From assembly GCA_051453625.1 (NCBI GenBank), contig JBOZIK010000001.1, positions 20,906,706-20,939,955 on the forward strand: a stretch of DNA of 33,250 nt, in the 5' to 3' direction. This DNA comes from Welwitschia mirabilis. Taxonomy: Eukaryota. Of this stretch, positions 23,762 to 33,250 are shown in pieces. Every line of letters begins with the position of its first letter. Position 1 is the stretch's first letter. The translations under genes were made by a program, and so were the position numbers. The notes under the pieces are model-generated. The model worked only from the letters and a program-made list of their open reading frames with translations. It did not search any database and was not told the origin of the DNA.

Positions 23762-24479
23762 AGCCGGGGTAAGGTAGAAGTCGTTTCATAAAACGTCTCC
23801 TCCTTTGTTTGATGCCTCACTACCTTCCTTTCTATCACTCTAAATCAAATGATTCCAAAGGAAAGTTTCTTACCCAAGCTTAAACCATGTCTCTTCATGC
23901 AATTTGATTATAAAAGAGCCAAATGAGGCCTTATGTTTAATCTTACCCTATCGGATTGCCTCTCTAAGAGAGTTATTTGAAAACAGAGGAAGAGATGCAA
24001 AACTGTCATGAACATCAGAAAACATAAATGCAATTTGATAAATATTTTAAAATGACTTAATATTACGTAAATTTTTAAGCTAACAAATGAAAACTAAATA
24101 ATATATTAAATTACTTTTAACCATTTTTGAAAGTGGGAGAAACCAATTGTTAAAAGTCATTAGTGTGTGTTATTTAATAAGTTTACCTAATACCAAATAC
24201 AATTAGACTTTTTAGAAAACAATATGTGATGAGTTTGTTACTTTTTTTTCTTTTTTCTTAAACTATATTTATTTGACAATTATTTCAATAATCTTTTATC
24301 ATTAAGGGATGCATTCATAGTTAAAAATGATGAGTTAAAGTAATCCTTAATACTAGTTCAAGGGAAATGATTAGGGGTGTGAAGTAACTATTGGTGTTTT
24401 GCAACAAAGCTTTGGAGTTTTGAACTTTTCCACAACCATTTTCATTAGGGCTGGGATTCCCCATAAGCGATGCACATCA

Positions 24480-24800
24480 GGCTCTCTCTCATTCCAAATG
24501 TGGTAAAATAGGCAATTGCTCTAAAGACTATGCCTTGTTTTCTTTTTCTTTGGTTTTTTCTCCCTACCATATTTGTTTGAAGGGTATCGAAATTTCTCAT
24601 GTTAGATACTATGTTTTGCAATTTTATTTTTTGTAGAAGTCTTCAAAGCCTACAGTGGAGAAAGCTTTATCAACCAAGATTTTCCCAACATGATTTGCGA
24701 TCTTACTTACTTATGCCTAGAAATTTGATTTCAATGTAAATAACCTTGATCACAATCTTATTCCCTATTATGTTGGCCTTCCTGATATGCCTTCAAAATT
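24480..24800 (+). mobile_element. Possible degraded retroelement remnant (zinc knuckle-like)
   Basis: HSKCGKIGNCSKDY at ~24490-24531 resembles CxxCGKxGHxxxxC. DFNVNNL at ~24727 weakly resembles an APE start. Very degenerate. Confidence 0.3.
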
Positions 24801-25001
24801 TTCTTCTATGATAACAAATGAAGGCATTTGCTAAAAAAGCTGTTAAAAAGACAAAAATTCTTTGTTCTTGTCTCTAGTTTTCCATTACCTTCAAACAGTT
24901 TTCCTTATGGGTACTTTAATAGGGTAATCTACATTTTCTTTAAAATTTATTGTGCCTCTTAAGAAGCCAAGACTCCTTCTTCATGAATGAAAGAGCACTA
25001 T

Positions 25002-25378
25002 TGCGCCACCAAGTTACGCATATTTGATAGGGCATTTTGAGTAGTTTTGCAGGTTAATAGACACGAAAAGACTTGATTTCTGTGACAATGGAGAGCTGAG
25101 ATGAAAGAGATAAAAACATGCATATCGATGATGTTTTATAGCATGTTGAGCAATTCTGAATACTTTACATTTCTAAGACAACTTCTTACAAAACATTGAG
25201 GCTGAAGCACTATTTAAAGATTTGAAATTTCATCATCCACATCATTGTCCAGACGACCTGGCCGGACGACCAAGCAGTTCATGTCAACAGGATGCTGATT
25301 GTAACCAATTTGGCAACTAATCTGGATCTTTTATGAGGTGGCATCATCTCCTCTATATACTATTGTAATGTCTATACT
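25002..25378 (+). mobile_element. Partial LTR of the same gypsy family, truncated by the gap
   Basis: Starts with TG. Colinear, diverged homology to 25940-26343 (gcatattt.ataggg, atactttacattt...gacaact, catcatccac, actattgtaa..tctatact). Confidence 0.7.
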
Positions 25379-25939
25379 NNNNNNNNNNNNNNNNNNNNNN
25401 NNNNNNNNNNNNNNNNNNNNNNNNNNNNNNNNNNNNNNNNNNNNNNNNNNNNNNNNNNNNNNNNNNNNNNNNNNNNNNTTATACATTTTTGTATTAAAAA
25501 CTCTCTTTTAATATGATATAGACACTTTAATTTTCAAACATGGTTTTCTAATTTAAATATAATTTTTCATGTTTATCTTTTAATCTTTTTTATGTTATAA
25601 TGAGGATATACTTTACTTACATAATTTTTTATTCATCACTACCTAATTTAGTAGGTAATTATTTTATTACATCTACTGATTATTTGTAAAAACAAAAATC
25701 ATATGATAGGTTTTATATTTTATATACTTTTTTCAACCAAATGGTTGTACTTCTAGCAAGTAAAATGTTTTCTTTTTTAATTTTTTGAAACTAACTATGT
25801 ATCTCTATTAAATTCTAAAAAATATTTTTGAGATGATTTTCTTAAGTATCCTATTTTTTTTATTATCTAATAAGTTGGCTCATAAACATGGTTTACCACT
25901 TGATTTTATTAGAGACTGGTAAGGCTAAATAAGAGGCTA

Positions 25940-27040
25940 TGTTTCAATACCAACTTATGCATATTTAATAGGGTATTTCAATTGGCTTTATAAATAAATA
26001 AATAGGCAAATACTTTATTTCCATGATAATGAAGAACTGGGATGAAAAAGATGAAAAATGCAATCTCCCTGATGATTTATAGCATTATGAACAATTTTAA
26101 ATACTTTACATTTTTGAGACAACTACCTATAAAACATTAAAGTTGATGCACTAATTGAAGATTTGTCAAAGGCCATCATCCACCTTATTGTTTGGACGAC
26201 TATATGGATGACCAAGAAAAAAGTGCCAAAAGGAGTTCTAACTATAATCAAATTGATAGATGACATGGATTAACTATGAGATGGCATTGTTTCTTCTATC
26301 ATCTAGATATGCAACTGGATAACACTATTGTAACATCTATACTAAACATTCACCAAACTTTACCACATGTATTTTTGTTTATTTTCAAATAACTATTATG
26401 ATTTACTCATGCCTTTCTGTCTATTTTATTATGTGCTTATGAGTAAATAAATAGTGATGTTGGCTTCAACTCCAGCTTATCTTCATTTACACCTAAAATC
26501 CTCATGTCATGATATCAAAGGACCAAAGATCTATCCTTTTAGTTGTAAAGAGTGTTTTCCTTAGTATTAAGTGGTGTTTTCTTTATTAAGATGTAGCTAC
26601 TTTGTAACACAGATGTGGTTCATAATTAATACAAAATACATCTTTTTCTATTTTCAATGTATGATTGTTTCTCACCTTTATAGATTATGTTTCTTTTTAT
26701 CTGATGATATTTTATTTAGTGATATAGGTTAGGAGAGCAATCTATGTTAAGGTTATGCTTAATTAGTTTAGATTATATGTATTATTATTTCCTTTTCCTA
26801 GATTAGCTTTAATGTGTGTGTTGCATTTTTACTTTCATGCATTGCAAGTTATTTCTATAGATTAGAGTACAAGCATTTCTTTGTGGAAAGGAACTCTCTT
26901 ATTTCCTACTTTGGCCTTCGACAGATTATGACATTCAGGTCAACTCCTGTCTATATTAGTGTGTTATGTTTGTGCATTATATTTGTGATTGACAGATTAG
27001 ACTTTACTAAGGACATAACGTTACATAAATACGCACTACA
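25940..27040 (+). mobile_element. Putative 5' LTR (~1.1 kb) of the Ty3/gypsy element
   Basis: TG at 25940 and CA at 27039-27040. Followed by ttgccgttgttactgcgga, a degenerate form of the Athila-type tRNA-Asp PBS (TGGCGCCGTTGCCGGGGA). The 3' LTR is not in the window, so the ends are not confirmed. Confidence 0.55.
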
Positions 27041-27779
27041 ACATCTTGCCGTTGTTACTGCGGAAGGCTGGTTGGAGTTCAAGAGTTGTCATTTCTCTGG
27101 TGAGTATTTTAGTTTAGGTGCTTGCTTGTAGCAGCAGTGTACCATTATCTGTAGTAGCGTAGGTTTTCCTTTTTACTGTGTCAGTTATCTATTTTCAGAA
27201 TAAAAGTTTTCTTTCTATTCTACAATAAAAAGTCAGTCATCCACTTCATTGTCTAGACAACGTGCAGTGACGACCTCTGTGTCATTAGTTTTTCATTTCA
27301 ATTTCTGTCAGAAATTTTTTTAGGGTTTTCTCCATTGTCCACTTCATCGTCTAGATGATTCAGGTGGACGATAGTCTGCTTGCAGAGTTTTTTGTATCTA
27401 TCAATTTTTCATTTTTTTGTTTTCTGTTTTTTTCTTTTTTATGGTTTTTGTGTTTCTGTCATCTAGGATATCATCCAGATAACTGCAGGGACAACACTCT
27501 ATGCATTCGATATTAAGCATGTATGGTAAAATCTGATAAGAAAGAAAAATACTAGAGAGAGTGGTTGTTTATTATGAAAAATATTTGAGAAGATTTGATA
27601 AACCTAGAAACTAAATCAGGTAAACACAACAAAGGTACGCAAGATTTAGAAATTCTTGCAATATTTAGTTTCATTTCTGAGTTTCATTTCTGTAGAATCT
27701 AATTTTGCTATAGAGAATTTTTCAGATGATTGTTTATATGAGAGTTTCTCATTCCCAACCCTGTCTACCTCGTCTTAAA

Positions 27780-30700
27780 AGCAAAAGTAACCTATTTCAC
27801 CAAATTCATCCTTTGTCATTGGAACCTTTAAAACCACTCCTGCTCGTACCAATGCCCATGTCACCCTTACAGATCTCATAGTAAACAAGAAACATGAAAT
27901 CCAAATTCCATTTGACTTACCTCCTAGTGATAATGTTGAACTACGTAACCTAAATGCATATCCTACTTTTAGTGAACCCAATAAAGATCCCTTACAACAC
28001 ATCGTCGATATAGAACAGTTAGTCCTCACTTTTAGAAATGGTAAAAAATGCATAAGTGATAGAACCTACATGGTCATTTTCCCTATCACTTTAAAATACA
28101 AGGCTAAACTATGGTTAAGAACAATTCCCTGCAAAAGCTTAAAATCTTGGAGTGAAGTTCAGGAAGCCTTTATCAAGAGATTTATGAGGAAACCACCATC
28201 CGAAAATGTAAAAAAGAAGTTACCAACTTTCAATAAATGCCTAATGAGGACTATGCCTCTATCTGTGAGAGACTCTTTATTGCTTTACATTCGAACCCTG
28301 TAGAAGCCTTTTCATAGGTTGAACTTGTAAACTACTTTTACAGTGGATTAAATAGTCACATAAAGCAACTTGTAGATTTTTCGTGTGGAGGTAACTTTTT
28401 GAACTAAACCTTAGATGATGCTTGAAAAATGTTAGAAGACTTAGTAGAAGTGAGTCAAACATGGCCTAAACCCTCACCTAGAGAAAATCTAATTGTAGGT
28501 CAAATCATTAAAGATCTTAAGGATGTAAAACATGAGAAAAATGAAATAAGAGCTAAAAATGAATCAACCAATATCATAAAATATTTCACCTCTACCTTAG
28601 AAAAGTACACCCAAATGATTCTAGATACAAAGGTGATAACCGAGGAGAGTGAAGTTATAGTTTCAGGTCAAAGAATGTCCTTTGCTTTCAACTTACAAGA
28701 AGAGAATTTACACGAAAGTATGTGCTTTCAACCAAAGATCTTCAAACTATAACCAAAACCAAATCAAAGACAAGTCCAAAATCAAAATAACTTTCAACCT
28801 AGGATGAGTGAACAACTCAATTCTAGAAATTTTCAAACAAACCATCCTAACTTCCAACCTTTTAAGAAAAGATTTGAGAACATGAACTTTCAATCTAACA
28901 ACTTAAACAACTTAGCAGACTCATACAACTCCCAAAACCATAGTGATCCTCTTAGGAATTCCATTGAGGAGTTGAGAAAATCACAAGAAAAGACAAACTT
29001 AAACATTAAAAAGACAAACATCAATAGTGAAAACCTTGTGAGTATTCTATAATAAACTATACTTACCAATCAAAGACCACAAGGTTTTCTTGCCACTCAA
29101 CCTTTATGGAACCCAAATAAAGTAAGAAAAGGTTGTAAGCTAGTGACAAGAAGTGAAAATGACACAACTCCTCCATGAGGCTTTAACATCACAAAGTGAC
29201 AAAAAGGATGAAGAAGAGAACATAGAAATCTTAGAAAACTATTCTTTCCCTTCTCCATTAAGCAACAAAAAGAAAAACGCTTCACATAAGAAACTTGCTA
29301 CCCCATGGCTTAATAAGCTTAACATAAATCCTGTTTTTGATAATTATTTAAAAGCCTTAATATAAAATGTGAGCATCAACTTGCTATTTTGGAAACTTTT
29401 GTGAGAAAACTCAAAGCTATGAAAAGACTTGATTAGAAGAAAACAAAAATGACCATTCTTAGTAAAGTTTTTTTAGCTCAATCTATTAATAACTTAGTTT
29501 GCCAAAAATGTCTAAAGTTTAAAGATTTGGGGATGGCAACTATGAGTGTCACTTTAGAAGGAAATCGTAGAATTAGAAAAGCCATGATAGATTTTTGAGC
29601 TATTATCAACATCACGTCGTTATACATTTGCCAAAGATTTGGATTCGAAGAAAAAGTAGAGCCTACATAGAATATCTTAGAACTAGCTGATTCATCTGTG
29701 AAGAAACCGTTAGGTGTAATTAAGGATTTGGTCATTCAGAAAGAAGAATCTTTCTACCCTATTAATGTTGTAGTTATAAAAGTTGAGCACAATGGTGGTT
29801 ATCCTTTACTTTTAGGTAGAGCTTTCTTTACAACAACCCACTATATTATAGATATGAGGAGTGTCATTTTGAAAATAAAAAGTTTTCAATAAGAGTTTTT
29901 GATGTGGCCGAAAAAGAATTAGGAAATGATTTGAGTGCAGAAGAAGAAATTAGGCCAACTTTGTTTTTACAACACCATCCACTTGAAGAAAGATGATCCA
30001 TGCTTCACAAACCAACATTATTTGATAACCAATTAAAAGTAGACAATGTATGTTTTAAAGATCAACTTAACTTTGACCATCTAAAAATTAAATGTTTTAA
30101 TCTAGAGAGTACAGAACCTGAGTCTGTTAACTATGCAGAATTCCAAGATTTTAGCAAACCTGAAATTTCTTATTTTAAGGGTGATCATCCACTATTGACA
30201 TCTAGATGACAGTCTGTTTTCCTAAAAATTTTACAGATAATAAAAATCTGAGCTTAAAGCTAAATTTGAAACCTTTAGACAGTGGACTAAAATACATTTT
30301 TCTGAACAGTAACTTGAACAAACCTTTAATTATCAATAAAAACCTTACTCCTTAATAAGAATCAAGTCTAGTCTCTCTTCTACAATCTAAGGTAAATGCA
30401 TTTGCTTGGTCCCATAATGATTTGACAGCCATACCCACTTTGATTATTCAACATAAAATATATCTTAAAGAAAATGCTAAAATTGTGAGGCAACCCTGAT
30501 GTAGAATTAATCTGAACCTTAAACAAATTGTTAAAGATGAAATCATCAAATTAATGAATGCTAGAACCATTTATTTAATTGTTGATAATAAGTGGATTAG
30601 CCCCTTAATGGTAGTTCCTAAAAAAGATGGAAAATTGAGAATATGCATAGAATTTAGAAAATTAAACAAGGTAACCAAAAAAGACCACCGTCCTTTACCT

Positions 30701-33100
30701 TTTCTTGATCAGATTTTTCATAGGATCTAGGGTCATGCATCTTACTCTTTTCTTGATGGTTATAGCGGTCATAACCAAGTTTGCATTACTAGTGAGGACC
30801 AAGCCAAAACCACTTTTACTTTTCCTTTTGGTACTCTTGCTTTTAGACGCATGCCTTTCGAACTTTGTAATGTTCCTGGTCCTTTTTAGCGTACTATGAT
30901 GAGTATCTTTTCTGATATGCTTGAGGATTCTATTGAGATTTTTATGGATGACTTCTCTGTTTATGCTGAAACATTTGAACAAATTTTAGATTAATTAGAG
31001 GAAGTCTTAGATCATTGTATTACTAGTGGCCTACACTTGAGTTGGGAAAAAAGTTTATTTCTTGTAGAAAGTGGAATTGTTTTAGGTCACCATATCTCGA
31101 AAGAGTGGATTAGGATGGATGCTTCCAAAGTAGGCATTATTCAAAACCTAAGTTCCCCTATAAATGTTAAACAAGTTAGATCTTTTCTTGGTCATTGTAG
31201 TTTTTACCATCGATTCATTCATGACTATGCTAATATCTGTAGACCTCTTCACTCGTTACTGGAGAAAGAAGTTGAGTTTGAATGGAATGAATCTTGTCAA
31301 CTTACTTTTGATAGGCTTAAATGTAAACTTTCTTATGCTACTATCATAATGGGACTCGATTGGAAAAAAACTTTGACTTGATGTGTAATGTAAGTAATTT
31401 TGCCATGGGTGGGTTACTTTATTAAAAATATGGAAATTTTTTAAAAGTTATATATTACCATAGAAAATCTCTATCTAGAACTCAAATGAATTATACTACT
31501 ACAGAGAAAGAAATCTTAGCAATCATCTTCTACCTTGATATACTTAGATATTATCTTTTAGGCTTTTATACAAATGTTAATACTGACATTTTACTATTCA
31601 TTACCTCATGACTAAGAAAGATTCTAGTGCTATATTGATTAGATATATCCTTCTAATGAAAGACTTTAATTTGAGCATTATTGATAAAGTAGAAAATCAT
31701 AATTGTATTACTGATCATTTATCTTGCCTTTCTTCTCCTCCTAATAATTATGTTATTAATGATTTTTTTCAATATAAGTAACTTTTTGTTATATCTTCTA
31801 CTTTTCTACCTCCTTGATATGTGGATATTATTAATTATCTTATTACTATAAAAATACTATAACATTATACTTATAAATAACACAAATCTTTTCTCCATAG
31901 AATAGGTAACTCTGAGTGGATAGAGCCACATTTGTACCATAGGTGTAAAGACAAAATTATGTAAAAATGTGTGCTTCATTAGGAAAAATCTGCAATCCTT
32001 CATCTTTGTCATGGTAGTTTTTGTAGAGGAAAATTCAGTGGATATAAGGCAACTATGAAAATTCTTCATTTTGGTTTTTATTGGCCTACTTTTTTTCAAG
32101 ATTCTTTTGATTTTACTAGAAGGTATGATCCTTATTAGTGTTATACTAGTTTAATTCATGCTCAGAACATGCTTCTCAGACCTATTCTTGAATATTAATC
32201 TTTTAATTATTGGGGTATTGATTTCATAGGCCCTATTCACCTACTTTATTATGATAAAAATTACATTTTAGTGGCTATAGATTATATTACTAAATGGATT
32301 GAAGCTATTTTTACATTTTTAAATGATGCCTAAACTACTTGTTATTTTCTTAAAAATTATATTTTTTACAAATTTAATATTCTTAGTCTTATCATTAGTG
32401 ATTAAGAAACTCATTTTATTAATTAAATTTTTAGGAAACTTCTTTTATCCATTGGAATAGAACATAGAGTAGCTTATGTTTGTCATTCTTAGACTAATGG
32501 ACAGAATAAAAATGTCAATAGAGAAATTTAAAAAAATGTTGTAAAAACTTATCTCTATTACTAAGAAATATTGGGCTTCTAAGTTTAATGATGTTCTTTA
32601 GGCTTATTATACTACTTTGCATACTTCTCTTAGTTTTTCATGTTATGAACTTATGTATGGAAAAGTCTATATCTTACTTATTGATGTTTGCTATAACTCT
32701 TACCATGCTTCTTATCAACTTAATCTTATCGACTTTTATGAAAACCTTAAACATATATTATCCTAATTAGATCACTTTCATGAAAAATTAATTCATGAAA
32801 TACATCATCAATTAATCCATAAATCCCAAGCTAAGTTCAAACATGATAAAGAAATACTTTATAAAAAGTTTAAACCAAGTTAATTTATTCTTTTATACAA
32901 CACTAGAGTACATCTTTTTAAATAACAAGTTGACCTATAAATGATTAGATGCTTATCTTGTAAAGAGAGTGCATTCTAATGGATCTATTTATACTTTTGA
33001 CTTAGAGACTAAGAATATTCAGAAAGTTAATAAATAATGGTTGAAACTATATGAAGGATCTTTTAATGCAACCATGAACATGATAGAAGCACTTGTTTTA
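27780..33100 (+). mobile_element. Degenerate Ty3/gypsy gag-pol (Athila-like): gag, protease, RT, RNase H, integrase
   Basis: Gag IFPITLKYKAKLWLRTIP..SLKSWSEV..AFIKRF (~28076). Protease KAMIDF*AIIN and PLLLGRAF (29578-29826). RT LRICIEFRKLNKVTKKDH, FLDGYSGHNQ and EIFMDDFSVY (FMDD at 30941-30952). RNase H NYTTTEKEILAI (~31489). Integrase GFYWPTFFQD, WGIDFIGP and VAIDYITKWIEA (32073-32310). PR-RT-RH-INT order, with many stops and frameshifts. Confidence 0.95.
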
Positions 33101-33250
33101 GAGGTTTCTCTCGATGAGGAGGACTTCTATCCTATCATTGTCTAAGTTCTTTTTTATCTTATTCCTTTGATGGATGTTATGATGTCACCTAATCATCTTT
33201 TAAACTTGACTTATATGTTGCTTTATAAAGTTTTTCATGACTAGTATTTG

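Noticed and set aside
30695..30982. Antisense and alternative-frame ORFs over the gypsy RT
   Set aside because: Shadow frames of the pol sequence.

Overview
Eukaryotic, land-plant-like nuclear DNA (AT-rich, short GT-AG introns, six N gaps). It holds one recognisable host gene: an 18-exon PARP3-type poly(ADP-ribose) polymerase (+, 14409-22949; PADR1-BRCT-WGR-like-regulatory-catalytic) with a C-Y-E catalytic triad. As assembled it looks like a mosaic of at least two copies or haplotypes. Diverged duplicates flank the gaps, exon 12 has two in-frame stops, and exon 13 is split by a gap plus about 3.3 kb of foreign sequence. The rest is nested retroelements: a Ty1/copia integrase fragment (1-640), two inverted copies of one LINE family (about 1250-3600 + and 6650-12150 -), and a degenerate Athila-like Ty3/gypsy element (25940-33100). 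The minus LINE carries a complete TRIM with TSD, a tRNA-derived SINE with a 20-bp TSD and a 3x ~555-bp tandem array, and a tRNA-Ser fragment lies near its presumed 5' end. I found no convincing new multi-gene system. The best leads are the PARP3 triad and copy status, the TRIM and SINE, and shared rearrangement breakpoints in the LINE.
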